The notes below the pieces were generated by a model, which was not told the DNA's origin, did no database searches, and saw only the letters and a list, made by a program, of their open reading frames with translations. Shown piece by piece: positions 1-18,149 of a stretch of 64,000 nucleotides of DNA. A program made the position numbers and the translations under genes. Position 1 is the stretch's first letter. The number at the start of each line of letters is the position of its first letter. The DNA comes from the human T2T-CHM13v2.0 reference genome, Homo sapiens, in NCBI RefSeq assembly GCF_009914755.1, contig NC_060946.1; one strand, written 5' to 3'.

Positions 1-415
1 ATGCACCTGACCCAGAGGGCAAGGGAGGGGACAAAGGCCAGTCTACTGAGGCAAAGAGAGGGCTCTGAAGAGCTTGAACAGAAATTGACATCAGGGCAAT
101 GTTTTAGAAAGACCACTCTGACCAGCAGGACACAAGATCAACCTACACTCAGTGGTCTCACATACACCAGCCATCACTGAATAGAAAATGTAATAGAAAA
201 AAAGATCTACGACATAGGCCATCTGACAAAAAGACACAAAACCACAAGGTGAAAGACCTTTATGGACATGACAGAGAGGACCTGAGTTAAGAGGGAAAAT
301 ACATCTTCATAGCTAGGTTCACATTCAGTTATGTTAGTCCCAAACCTACAAATTCAACATGATCCCTATTAAAATCCTACCAATATAGTTCAAAAGCTTG
401 ACAAGTTGATTGTGA

Positions 416-706
<291 letters not shown>

Positions 707-2879
707 AAGAACTCAGGGGACGATGAGGGGACTATGTGGACTTGACCTGCAGATGCCCAAACAAGCTGGAAGCCTCCTGGGGACACACAGCTTCCTTTTT
801 CTCCACTGCTCTCTGATCACCATCTGGCTGCCATGCAGTGTATTTGTTGATGGTCTGCCCTCCCTACCCCAATGGACTGAGCTTCATGAGACTGTGAGCT
901 TCATGATCTTATACGTTGTAGCATCCCACTGCCTGGCACATAGTCAGTGCTCAATGAATAGCTGTCGAAAGAATCAACACCAGGCCAGGAAGACCAGCTA
1001 AAGCAAACGCTCAGTGGGACAACACCTGAGCAGTGGGGGGCGTGACTGCAGTACCAAGTTGGGAGGAGACTCAGAAATGGAACTGGTGAAGAGCTGAGCC
1101 CAGGGACCCAGGAAACTCCTGCCTCCCCCAAACTCTAGAGTTCAAATTGCTGCTCCTGACAGACTGTGGGGTAGGAGTCAGATTCTGTAAGTGGGGAAGA
1201 GAAGGCCTGAGGTTCTCTCATCTCCAGGGACATGGCTCAGCATGAAGGGAGTTGGGAGGAGAGGACAACGGAGAGACACATTTCAAAGTGGAACAGAGAA
1301 CAGGACAAGAGACAAACTCAATGCTATTTAAGTTATTGTTTTTATGAAGCTAGCCAGCATGCATAACTTCAGCAACAAAGCCTAATAAAGACAGTGTGAA
1401 AATAAAGGGAATATATAGTTCGGTCTCATGGAAGAAAAGAATTTTCATAAATCCAAACAAGAGAACAGCAAATAGAATCTAGCCACATAGAAAAGACTGA
1501 ACCCCAAGTTGGTAAGCCCATGCCCAAATTAGGTTTACTGCAGAAATGCAAGAATGAAAATGGCTCAATGTTGTGAAGCTTTCCATGGTAAATCATTCAT
1601 TACATCAGCCAGTCGAAGGATTTCTTCTTCTGGCAATATGGTAAACTAGGTTCCCAGAAAATACTCCTTTGTGGAAAACTAGACAGGTTGGATAAAATTT
1701 TTTAAATGTTAAATGCATCTATCAACTGGAAACAATATGAGGAATACTCAAGCCAAAAACTAAGTGGGTATGAAAACCTGGAGAGGTAAGAAAAGGTCTG
1801 AAATATTTTATGTTGCAATTATTTACAAAGCCCAATGAGCTTAACTGTAAGTTTTCACTGCCTCAAAAGAGCCTCCAAAGGTAGGGCATATAATAGGAAA
1901 TTTGGGGCCCCCAAGGGCTATACCTTCAATGTAATGGTGAATCCAAAATAAAATACAAGAAAAATCACTTGTCTTAAAGGTTGGTCCTGAGCAGAGAAAA
2001 ACAAAATCCCCCTAAGAATTTGTAATCAGGAGTGGACCCTCAGTTAGTTTTGCAGCCCAAATACACACTACCTGAATGGCTCAATGAAACCTCTGACAGA
2101 GAACGTAACATGGTCCGAAGTTGGCAATGTTCCCAGTCACCTGGGGGAAGCAAACAAGTCCTCTCTGGAAGATATCCCCTTCATTCTAGGCCTTAGAGAA
2201 CCTCAGATATGAAACTGCAGGGAAAATGAGCAGCTCACAGTATAAAATCTCCAAACACACAAGGAAACAAGCACCCATGAGCAAGGGCAACCAGAAATAA
2301 CAGATAGCAGAATCAGACAGAAAACTCTTCCACACAGCAAAATTATCAGATACAGAAGAGAAAATAAGCATGTTTAATATATTTCTAGAAACAGGCAGCT
2401 TGAAAATAAGTGAAGAGTAAATATTCAAAAATACTAAACAAATTTCAAGAAAATGTTTTAAAATCACTAAAAATAATTCAGTGAATAGTTTTACAACAGA
2501 TTACACAGCTGAAGAGAGTATTAGTGAAGCAGAAGTGAGATCTGAAGAAATTTGGAATACAACACAGAGACACAAAGAGGTGAAAAATATCAAAGGGACG
2601 TTAAGACATGAAAGATAAGATCCCACATATGTCTGATCTATTTCAGAAGGAGAAAAGAATTTTTTATGGAACAGAAGCAATCTTGGAAGAGTTATGGCTA
2701 AAAGTTTTTCAAGAAATCATGAAAAGCACCAATATACAAAGTTAAGCTCAACAAATCCTAATTATGGTAAATAAAAAGATATCCACAGCTAAATACAACA
2801 TAGTGAAACTGCAAGATTACTAAGACAACAAAATCTTACAAGCAGATTTTTTTAAATTACCTTCAAACAGCATAAATTA

Positions 2880-3163
2880 GGCTGGGTACAGTGGCTCACA
2901 CCTGTCATACCAGCACTTTGGGAGGCTGAGGCAGAAGGATCACTTGAGACCAGCAGTTGGAGACCATCATGGGAAAACAGAAGAGACCCCATCTCTACAA
3001 AAAAATAAAAATAAAAACTAAATTAGGCAAAGTGGTATGTGTCTGTAGTCCTAGCTTCCCAGGAGACTGAGGCTGGAGGATTGCTTGAGCCCAAGAATTT
3101 GAGGCTGCAGTGAGCTATGATCACATCACTGCACTCCAGCCCAAGCAACAGAGTGAGATCCTG
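2880..3163 (+). mobile_element. AluJ
   Basis: Diverged dimeric Alu with J-type gaggattgcttgagccc. Confidence 0.9.
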
Positions 3164-3309
3164 AAAATTCATCTCCAAAGGAAGGCCAATTAGACCGAGA
3201 ACAGATTAGACTGAGAGCCTCCAAAGGAAGTCAGAAGACAATGAAGTATTACCTCCAAAATAGAGAAGAAAATGTTAGTGTTCTCCTCAGTCAAAATATC
3301 TTTTCCACA

Positions 3310-3545
3310 GGTCACGTGTGGTGGTTTATGCCTATAATCCCAACACTTGGGGAGGCCAAGGTGGAATGATCACTTGAGGTCAGAAATTTGAGAACAGCCT
3401 GGGCAATATAGCAAGACTCCATCTCTACAAAAATAAAATAATTAACCAGGCATGGTGGCATATGCCTGTAGTCCCAGCTACTTGGGAGGCTGAGGAGGGA
3501 GGATAACTTGAGCCTAGAAGTTCGAGACTGCAGTGAGCTACACAA
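3310..3545 (+). mobile_element. AluJ (partial)
   Basis: Diverged Alu followed by a microsatellite. Confidence 0.88.
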
Positions 3546-3550
3546 TCATC

Positions 3551-3585
3551 CTGTCTCTGTCTGTCTCTGTCTCTATCTCTCTCTC

Positions 3586-3631
<46 letters not shown>

Positions 3632-3634
3632 TAT
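3551..3634. repeat. Compound microsatellite (CTGT/CT)n(TA)n(TG)n
   Basis: Read directly from the sequence. Confidence 0.95.
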
Positions 3635-4725
3635 AACTAAATTTTATTTAGCATATTAAACAGTATATTAAATTTTTTTTAAAAAAATATATAGTGTCAT
3701 GTGGAGTGAGACTATGATGAGTTAAGATTATGTAAAACTTATCAGGTAATCATTGAAGGAATAGCAATACTAAATTATTTCCAAAGCAGTAGAAGAAACA
3801 CATTGAATGCAGGGGGGAAAAAGCTCAGTAAATCTAAAGAAGGCAAGAGAGGAGAGGAAAAAAGAATGTAGAATAAAAATCACAAATAAGAGAATACAAA
3901 TACATCAATAATACATCAGTAATTACATAAAATTTAAGTAATCTAAATGCTTCAAAGAAAAAAATATGGACTAAAAATAAAATCCAGCTATATGCTATTT
4001 ACAAGAATACACCTAAAACATAAATATATAAACTAAACAGACTCTAGGGCAAAAAATATTACTAGATGTCAACTACTAGAATTTTAAGGTCATTTTGTAG
4101 TGATAGAAGGTAAAACTCATAAATTTCTAAAACTCTTATGCACCTAATAACATCTCAAAATGTATAAAGTAAAATGGATAAAGATAAAGATAAATCCACT
4201 ATCATAATGGAAGATTGTAATTTATTTCTCCCAGTAATTAGAGCTCAGACAACAAATTATGTTAATTACTATGTAATTAACAAACTTGATGTCATGGACA
4301 CATATAGGGAATTAAATGTGACTGCAGAATACATATTTTTGAAATGCACATGGAACTTTTATGAACATTAACCATATATTTAATCCAGTCATAAGGCCTC
4401 AGCAAATTTCAAAGGACCACATTCTCAGACTGCAATGAAGACAGTTCAAAATCAATGACAAAAATAAAACTGGGAGGAAAATACAGGCTAGAACATTAAG
4501 AAATATATTTTGAAATAACTCATAGGTCAATGAAGAAAACAACAGAAATCAGAAAATACAGTTAAAAAAAACTATATATTAAAACATAACAGAATACAGG
4601 TAAAGCAGTACCTTGAGGAAAATTTACAACATTTAAGACTCATGTAAAAGACTAAAAAATTTTTAAACATCCAATTTGAGTAAGAAAATGAACATTAGAA
4701 AAAACTCAAGAAAAGGACAAGAATG

Positions 4726-5533
<808 letters not shown>

Positions 5534-5696
5534 GGGGACATAAATACAGACACCAGAGACATTTTAAAGTAAGAATATATTATTAGAACTTGCCCTGTGG
5601 AGACACCTAAAAAATAAATAAGGAATATTATGAACAACTTGGACAATAAATTTGAAAACAGATAAAATGGATTAGTTCCTACAAAAATATAACTTC

Positions 5697-6008
<312 letters not shown>

Positions 6009-6053
6009 TTAAAATCATTTCTTTTTAAAAATCAGTTAAAAGTAGTCCTAACA

Positions 6054-6333
6054 GGCCGGGCGCAGTGGCTCATGCCTGTAATACCAGCACTTTGGGAGGC
6101 TGAGGCAGGCGGATCATGAGGTCAAGAGATCGAGACTATCCTAGCCAACATGGTGAAACCCCGCCTCTACTAAAAATGCAAAAATTAGCTGGGTGTGGTG
6201 GTGCACGCCTGTAGTCTCAACTACTCAGGAGGCTGAGGCAGGAGAATCACTTGAACCCGGGAGGCGGAGGGTGCAGTGAGCCGAGATCACTGTACTCCAG
6301 CCTGGTGACAGAGCGAGACTCTGTCTCAAAAAT
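6054..6333 (+). mobile_element. Alu (Sc-like)
   Basis: gtcaagagatcgagac; flanking tagtcctaa repeat. Confidence 0.92.
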
Positions 6334-6733
6334 AGTCCTAATATATACACACAAAACTCTACACAGATGACCAAGGAATAATTCCAATCTTACAGAAACT
6401 TTCCAAGAGTAGAGGGAAAGAGAGAATACTCCCAAACTGATTTCTTCAAGCTAACATAACCTGCTCACAAAAACCTGACAAACAGTATGAGAATGGACAA
6501 TTACAAACTAATGTCACTTGTAATGGTACAATTCAAAATAAAATATTAATAAATCTAACAATATAGAAAATCATTACTCCAAAAATGCAGGGTTAGTTTA
6601 TGCTGAGAAAAACTAAACCATGTAATTCACCACATTAACAAATTAAAGGAGAATGCTACATAGTTATGCTAATATGAAGAAAACACTTTAGATAAAATTC
6701 AGCATGCATCCATGATATTTAAAAGGAAAAAAA

Positions 6734-7049
<316 letters not shown>

Positions 7050-7641
7050 TTAGCAATAGGAATAGAAGAAAATTTCCATAATCTGATATCTACACACATA
7101 CACACACACACGCACTTTTCCTGCGAGACAGGGAACAAAAAGAGATGCCCACTTTCCCCCTTTATATTCAACATTGTACTCAGAGCCAATGCAATAAGGC
7201 AAGAAAAATATTTATATAAAGTATGAGAATTGGTAAAATTATCACTGTTCACTGATGATATGACCTAAAAAATCCAAAAGAATTGTGTAGATAACAGTCA
7301 GTTGATACATAAAAATCAATTACATTTTTATATACTAGCAACAAGCTGTCAGAGAATGTATCTTAAAGTTGTCATTCATCTATAACAGCATTACAAATCA
7401 TCAGGTTCCAAAGATATATCTAACAAAAGACATATGAGACCTCTAAAGGGAAAACTGTAATACTTTTTTTGAGAGACACTAAAGAAAGATCTAGATTGAG
7501 AATTATACCATATTCATGGTTGGGAAGACTTATAAAGGTATCAATTCTTCTCAGTTGAGGATGGATACCATCAATTCCAATGGAACCCCTACAGGTTTTC
7601 TCATGGAGCTTGATGATTCTAAAATGTGCACGAAAATGCTA

Positions 7642-8001
<360 letters not shown>

Positions 8002-8326
8002 CTAGATATCAAAATAATGTAAAACCATAAATAAATTAGTATTGGCATAGAGAAAGAGACAATAGACAAATATAACTAAATTAAAAGTTCAGAAACAGAT
8101 TAATACATAAATGAACATTTGATATATAACAGAGGTAGCACTGTAGATCAATAGTGAAAGAAAAGACTACTCAATGAAGGGTGGTGAGGCAACCAGGTAT
8201 ATGTATGGAAAGAAGGAGAGAAGAGGAAGGGAGGGAATGAAGAAGGAAAGGAGGCAGGAAGGAGGAAAACTGGAGCTCTACCTCATACCATACATGAAAC
8301 TCAATTCCAGGCAGATTAAAGATCTA

Positions 8327-8721
<395 letters not shown>

Positions 8722-8736
8722 TTAAAAAAATCTACA

Positions 8737-9566
<830 letters not shown>

Positions 9567-9843
9567 AAGAAGTATTTCTTAAACAAGTTACAATAAAACT
9601 ATAAATAAAGGACTGATAAATTATTATTCTACATTTTTAATTAAGGATTCCTAGTCCTCAAGACTCTGTAAAAAGAGAATAAAAAAGAAGGCATACCAAA
9701 GAATAGGAGAAAAAATCTGCAACACAGATAACTTATAAAGAACATGTCTCCAGAATATACAAAATTCAAATAAGAAAAAGATAAAATAGAAAAATGGGCC
9801 CAAATCTTGAGCAAACACTTCATCACAGAAAGCTAAATGGTCA

Positions 9844-10227
<384 letters not shown>

Positions 10228-10429
10228 TTAGATACCACTATGCCCTCATCAGACTGGCAAAACATTTCAAGTCTAGCAATATCAAGCACAGGCAACAAAG
10301 TAGACAAAGCACTTATCCAGTGCCAATGAGTGTGAAAATTAACACAACCGGTTCTGGCATTACCTAGTAAAGTGGAAATGGGCATGAACTATGACTCTGC
10401 AATTCTACTCCAAGGTTTATATCCTAGGG

Positions 10430-10948
10430 CAGGGGTCCCCAACCCTCAGGCCACGGACTGGTACCAGTCCATGGCCTGTTAGGAACCAGACCCACAGCAG
10501 GTGAGCTGCAGGCAAGCAGGCAAAGCTTCATCTGTATTTACAGCCGCTACCCATTACCCATTACCACCTGAGCTCTGCCTCCAGTCAGATCAGCGGCGGC
10601 ATTAGATTCTCATAGGAGCAAGAACCCTATGTAAACTGCGCATGCAAGGGATCTAGGTTGCATGTTCCTGATGAGAATCGAATGCCTGATGATCTGTCAC
10701 TGTCTCCCATCACCCACAGATGAGACCATCTAGCTCCAGGAAAACAAGCTCAGGCTCCCACTGATTCTACATTATGGTGAGTTGTATAATTATTTCATTA
10801 TATATTACAATGTAATAATAACAGAAATAAAGTGCACAATAAATGTAATGCGTTTGAATCATCCCAAAAACCATCCCCCACCCCAGTTCATGGAGAAACT
10901 GTCTTCCATGAAACCAGTCCCTGGTACCAAAAATGTTGGGGACAGCTG
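10430..10948 (+). mobile_element. MER1A (hAT-Charlie DNA transposon) inserted in L1
   Basis: TIRs caggggtccccaac / gttggggacagctg; near-perfect 8-bp TSD tcctaggg / tcccaggg; ~520 bp. Confidence 0.88.
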
Positions 10949-11567
10949 TCCCAGGGAGAAAGTCCTGCACACATGCAACAGGAGACATAAACAATGCACA
11001 GTTGCCAGTCTCAGAGGAATGCATTTAAAATTGTATTATGTTCAATTGCAGGTGTAATTCATTCATTTTCATTACTGTCTAGTATTCGGCAGTGATGTAG
11101 CAACCCAAATAACAAAGAGGCTCTCTAAAAGAAAAGACATATATACATAAATTTGCAATGCTTTGTTCCTAAATAAGTATATTTTCTTTTGAGAACCTCT
11201 CTTTATTGTTATTTAGGTTAACATCCAGAATACTATACAGTAGTGAAAATGAATAAATTACAGTTACATCCAACAACATGGATGATTTTCTGGAACACAA
11301 TGTTGAAAATAAAAAAAAAGAAAACCGCAAAACAATAAAACGTTATGTCCATCTAAGTTCAAAAACAAAGCAAAATAAAACACTTAGGGCAAAATAAAAC
11401 AGGAATACACAGAGCTCATAAAAATATAATGAAGAGTAAAGAAACATAATTATAAAATGAAATACTAAGAGTAATAAACACAATTCAGGATGATGGTGAC
11501 CTCTGAGCAGGGAGACAAGGGGTCCAGGAAAGACACACAGGGATTTATAATATAACAAGCCAGGTGA

Positions 11568-11870
<303 letters not shown>

Positions 11871-12044
11871 TCCTTTACAAATATTTTATACAGCATTCTT
11901 TCATAGCTACTCAATGTCTAATTGAAAATAAAAACAGCAGCATAAAGGAGAAAACTCTATGTTTTTTTTTTTTTTATAGAAGGTGTAAAGGCATTTGACA
12001 AAATTCAGCCAGTTTCCAGGGGGCACAGCCCACGTTTCATTCTG

Positions 12045-12068
12045 TGTGACTGCTGCCCCCTGGCGCCC
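12045..12068 (-). promoter_or_regulatory. CTCF core motif match
   Basis: Minus strand reads GGGCGCCAGGGGGCAGCAG; a second weaker copy TTTCCAGGGGGCACAG is on the plus strand at 12013-12028. Confidence 0.6.
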
Positions 12069-13525
12069 AACTCAGGCAGGACTGGCAACTACCGGTGAGT
12101 CCCAGCAGCCGCAAGACAAACTAAAGGAAACCCCAACATTTTAAAAGCCACTTGCCGAAACTCTCACCGCTCAACTCTCACATGCGGATTTCCACGCATA
12201 TCAGAAACAGCCCGGGATCATTATTCAACATTGTTTCAGAGGTTCTAACTAAAGCAAACTGACAAAATAAATTGGTATACTGGCAAATTTGTATCTATAA
12301 AAAACAGGCTTATTAAAACTACCAGAATTCCTAAGACAGAAAGTGAATTATATTAAATCATTAGCTTTTCTACATATTAATAATCAATGAGTAATACAGA
12401 TGGAAAAAAGTATTCCATCACAATAGACAAAAACCATAAAACACTTAGGAATAATTTTAACCAGAAAGTTATAGAACCCGTATAAAGAATTTATAAAATC
12501 TTATTGGAGGACCTAAAAGAAGTCTTGAGTAAATGGAAAGCCATTTTTTATCCTCTGGGGGAGGATTAATATCACAAAAATGTCAATGCTCCCAAAACTT
12601 CCATTTAAATTTAATGCAATTATAATTTAAATCCCAATGGAACACTTTCTTTTAGGCAGGGATGGGAACGAACTGGATAATGCGATTAAATATTTCATGT
12701 GAGAGAATACATTCTAAGACTGGAAAAGCATTTTTTAACAAGTGAGGGAGACTGATCTATTTAGATGCTGATGACGCCCAAAATTATAGTTTCAGCCAGA
12801 ACCTCACCCCTCACATCAGACTCACTTGTGCAACTGACCACAGATGTCTCCACTGGCGTCTAAGCGGGATCTCAAACTCAACAGGTCCACACCTGTTGGC
12901 TCATTTAGTAAGAGGCTCATTTAATAAGTGGGGCTGGAATAAGTTAATTTCCACCTGGGGGCGGGAGACGCTTGACTCTTGCCTTACAGCTTATACTAAA
13001 ATATATTCCATAAGGACTATAGGTTGTCTAGTAAAAAATAAATAATAAACATTGCAACAAAATGTAAGAGAATATCGGGGGAAGGGGAGAAGAGAGAAGG
13101 GGATTGATTTCCCTAAGCATGATAGGAATCCCCAAAACTTTAAAACATTTACCTTTCAACAAACACCATAAACCAAGCCAAGGACAAACGCATAGAAAAC
13201 GGACTAATGTTAACTAAGTCCAAGAGGCTTCAGGCGCTTGGCCTCGGGTCAAAAGGGAGACATACAGGCTGGCTCTTCCGGGCAAGAGGAAAAACACGCA
13301 GCTTCCTTTCCAAGTGTTCTTCCTTTCAGAGATAAAAGCGCCGACCCTAAGGACATCTGTTCAACGAATGTTTTTCCCTAATGACCCCCGGAAAGTTGGA
13401 AAGCCGGGGTAGAAAAGATTTCTTCTGCACTTTGACTTAATTAATGCGCAGCAGCTTGCAGGAAAAAAAAAAAATCCTCGCTTCTCTGTTTCGGGTGTGA
13501 GTGGGCCATTGCTCTCCCTGTAAGG

Positions 13526-13747
13526 AGCTACTAGAGACGCTGAGGCAGGAGAATCGCTTGAACCCTGGAGGCGGAGGTTGCAGTGAGGCGAGATGGCGCC
13601 ACTGCACTCCAGCCTGGGCGACAGAGCGAAACTGTCTCAAAAAAAAAAAAAAAAAAAAAAGTAGGGGATTAGAGCTGGCCACGGCTTCCCCAGAAACCTG
13701 CAGTTACTGGAGTAGGAAGAGGCCTCGGAGAATCCCTGGAAGCATCT
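13526..13747 (+). repeat. Dispersed duplicate of 14483-14702 (Alu 3' end, A tail, TSD and ~75 bp of unique flank)
   Basis: Direct visual alignment, about ten differences. Confidence 0.95.
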
Positions 13748-13749
13748 AC

Positions 13750-14100
13750 CTAAAAGACGCGAGGAAACCCCCAAAGGCCACAGGCACCTGCACCAAACCC
13801 TGAGTGCCGCAGGAAGCTCGCGAGGCTTCCAAAGCGCATGCGCAGGTCACGGTACGGGCACGTGCGGCGCGCCAGCAAAACCACGCAGGCGTCTTGTCGC
13901 TTCCGCCTCGAGCGTGTGGCGGGATTGCGGAAGCCCTCCACAGTTCATAACCGTTGGCTGGTTATGAACCGTTCATAACGGGCGTTAATAACCATACCCT
14001 GTTAGACTAAGCATGGTCCACCCGCGAATCCTCTACAGAGATGGCCAAGCGCTGGGGTCGTGGCTGCGTCCTCTAGGCCAGGTGAGAATTTACAACCCAC
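13750..14100. promoter_or_regulatory. CpG-rich promoter of the antisense transcript
   Basis: CpG-dense. NRF1 palindrome GCGCATGCGC 13834-13843; CTCGCGAG 13817-13824 flanked by GGAAG/CTTCC; CACGTG 13859-13864; ETS-like CTTCCG and CGGAAG; strong 5' splice site CAG|gtgaga at 14081/14082. Confidence 0.8.
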
Positions 14101-14302
14101 CCTCGGCCACTGTTGTGCTGTGGCCGCTGATGATTAAGCATGAGGAACTCAGAAACTCTGAACCTTCTGACAAACGGGTTCTCCCCTGCCCACCGCGGTG
14201 CCCCAAACCCAGCAGGACAGATTGGTTTACATGGTGGGGCATTGGGGAGGACCCAGAGCTTTCAATAAGGGAAGAAATGATGTGGGGAGGGACAGTAAAT
14301 CA

Positions 14303-14762
<460 letters not shown>

Positions 14763-15347
14763 TCATTGATCCAAGTTTGCACTAGTGGTGTGAGCCCTCC
14801 TTATCTTCCAGGCCTTGGTGGGCAGCTGTTGACATGTCCAGAACCCCAGGAAGTGCTGAAGGTACCTGCAGTTCAGGCCCCATGGAAGCCCAGACCTCCT
14901 TCACCCTTCGGGGACACTGAAATTGGCCAAATGTTTAGGCCATGAGGATGGCTGCTGAGTAAGCCCATAATCCCTACATCGGACACAAGTAAGCAGGTGA
15001 AGGCCTACAGGTAGCAGGTAGGGGCCAGTGAATCTTGGAAGCAAAGATTTGGGGGTCAAGAACAGCAGGGAGCTCTGGGCCCCCATCCTAGCTTCAACCA
15101 GAGCAGCTCCAGGACTCCTGGCTTTCCATATGGGCTTCTGGATAAATTTTAGGTACTCCTGAGGCTGAATAAGCTGGAAAGCCTCTGCCATCACCCAACT
15201 CCGTTATTTTAGAGGAGGAACAGGAGCCAAAATGGGCAGTGACTTGTCTGAGGCCTTGCCAGCTTGAAGAAGGAAATGTCCGCTGAACCCAACAGTGGCC
15301 CTGGTAAGGCCTGGTGCATTGCAAGTTACCGGATGAAAATGGTGACT

Positions 15348-15750
<403 letters not shown>

Positions 15751-15941
15751 CTAAGCTGCACTAAGTAGTTTTAACAGGCAGAAATGGAACAGAGTGGAAG
15801 TGCGTGCACTTAGGAGGGATACTCTCCAGGGAGAATTCAGGGATTGGGTGGGAGAAGGGAGCCTTGCTTTTCATGGTCCAGCCTTTTAGACGGTTTTAAT
15901 GTTTACCATGTGCATGTTTCACTTAAAAACCAAACACCCTA

Positions 15942-16229
15942 GGTGAGGCATGGTGGCTCACACTGTAATCCCAGCACTCTGGGAGGCCGAGGCAGGTGGA
16001 TCACTTGAGCTCAGGAGTTTGAGACCATCCTAAGCAACATGACGAAACTCTACCAAAAATACAAAAAAAATTCGCCAGGCATGATGGTGTGTGCCTGTGG
16101 TTCCAGCTACCTGGGAGGCTAAGGTGGGAGATCACTTGAGCCTGGAAGGCAGATGTATCAGTGAGCCAAGATCGTGCCACTGCACTCCAGCCTAGGTGAC
16201 CAGGGCGAGACCCCCATCTCAAACAAAAC
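15942..16229 (+). mobile_element. AluJ
   Basis: Dimeric Alu; flanking aaacaccctag repeat. Confidence 0.92.
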
Positions 16230-18115
16230 ACCCTAGAGTCCCCACCCCTCTCGTTCTTTAAACACCAGCATTGCTGCCCTTCACTTTCTTGCAGCCTTGT
16301 GCAAAGGACCTTCTCACCACAGATCAGCCAGACCATCTTCCTCCTTCCAAGTCATCAAAGAGTTCCAAGCTGGTCACCTGTCCCTTGATGTTCCCAGGAA
16401 ACCAGGAAAGAGGACCCCTGCATTTTATCTTCCCATCCAGAGTGGCAGGATCTCTGCCTGGGAAACAGGCTTCATTCAGCACAGCTGTGGTAGCATTAAC
16501 AAAGCAAAGTGGGCACATGTAGAAGTTGAAGCTAAAACATTCAAGAACTCCAGTCTGTTTCTGTGGATGTTAAGGGGGTGAAGATAAAACAATGGAGGTG
16601 ATGAGGAGGAATAACTTGAAGACAGTTTAAAGCCACAGTGATACAAAGAATGAAGAGAAGGAAGGTGCTGGATTTTACTAAGAAAACAGACTGAGTTCAG
16701 GAGTCTCACCAGTAGAACTTTATAGTATTGCGTTTCGATTACATGTGTGTGAATTTTAAAAACTGATTACCCTCCAGTAAAAATGTGGAACCAATTTGCA
16801 TTTGGATTAAAACATTAGGTTTGGGGACAAAAGTGGACCCCATGCTGCCTGAGATGAAGAGAGAGAGCAGGATGGCAGAGGAATCACCAGCTCAAGAAAC
16901 CCCAAGACTTGGACAGTCTTCCAGCAGAAGAGGCCAGGGTCTCTCAGTGTACTACTCCAAACAGGCCTCTCCTAGAGATGTAGTCTGGGAAGGTCCAAAA
17001 CCCACCAGACAGGCACATCCAGTGGGGAAAAGACTTCCCATTCCAGTGTGGCCTGCATCCCTCACCTCTGCTTCCCAGTCTTCTGCTGACCTCAGAGGAG
17101 CAGGGTGGCCATTGCTGATCTGGGTTAGGGAGATGCCAGAAACACACCCAGGTTTGAACCACAGGTTAGTGGTACAAAGTCACAGTCCTTGTGCCTTCAG
17201 AAAACCCAGAGGCCCCAAATACGAGTGGGAAGAGAGTTGGGAAAAACTGAACCAGACTCTTCCAATGGCCATTAAAGAGAAAATTCAGCAACGCTTGCCT
17301 TTGTCTTTGACCCTGAGAAGTTAAGGGACACAGATTGTGGCGCCGTGATGGAACATGGAGGGAAGGCATGGTGTGCTTCCTGCAGAGATGCCTCTGGAGT
17401 CCCTGTGGCCACGGGATCTCACTGGACCCCTCTTCAGGCACCTTGATGGGGCTCAGTGGGGCCAGGCCGAAGGGTGGAAGTAGAAAAGCATCAACAGGCT
17501 GTCCAGATCAATTGGCACCATCCAAGACCCTGCTGCACCCACACATGGAGGTCACCAGCTCAGCCCCAGGGGTTCTTTCACACACAAGCTCCTTCCCTAA
17601 GGAGTCCTGTGGGGTTCCACACTCAGTGTGCTGCCCAAGTCAGAGATTTACCACAGATCTGTCTCCCCCTCAACCTGGACTCAAGTTACTGTGGTGAGAA
17701 ACCTCACTGTCCATGGTTAACTGAAGAAATCCCTCCTTCAGAAAGAACTTGAGTAGTAGATGAGGTGGTTAGACAGGATCTTTTTCCCTCAAGCTGTTTG
17801 GACGCCACAGCCAGGACCAACTCTGACAGCTGCGAGAGAGAGAGCCCCTCCAATGTGGAACCTCCTACACAGCCCCCCTTTTGGGTCCCTGGATATGAGC
17901 CCCCAGCAGGACCACCACTCTAGGGGGAAGTCTCCCTCCCATCCCTCAGATCCCCACATTGTTCCTCCTGTAGGAGAAAAGTCAGCCCTGCCCCTGGAGC
18001 TTCTCCAAGATGGCACTGGACTCGCCGTTATCTTGAGGAGCCAGGAGCTGAAATGGCTCCGGCTTAGCAACCCAGTATGGCCAAAGTGGAAAGGTTCTCT
18101 GTCCTTTGCAGTCAC

Positions 18116-18116
<1 letters not shown>

Positions 18117-18146
<30 letters not shown>
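18117..18146. repeat. A30 homopolymer (U30 on the MORC2 strand)
   Basis: Read directly; no retroelement body attached. Confidence 0.97.

Positions 18147-18149
<3 letters not shown>

Noticed and set aside
8208-8268. Purine-rich GGAA/GAAG tract
   Set aside because: Ordinary low-complexity sequence within L1.
13526-13747. Alu 3' transduction as the origin of the duplicate
   Set aside because: No new poly(A) after the copied flank and no TSD around the copy; DNA-level templated duplication fits better.
18117-18146. A30 as the tail of a processed pseudogene or retroelement
   Set aside because: No upstream Alu, L1 or mRNA body and no TSD; best read as a simple homopolymer in the 3' UTR.
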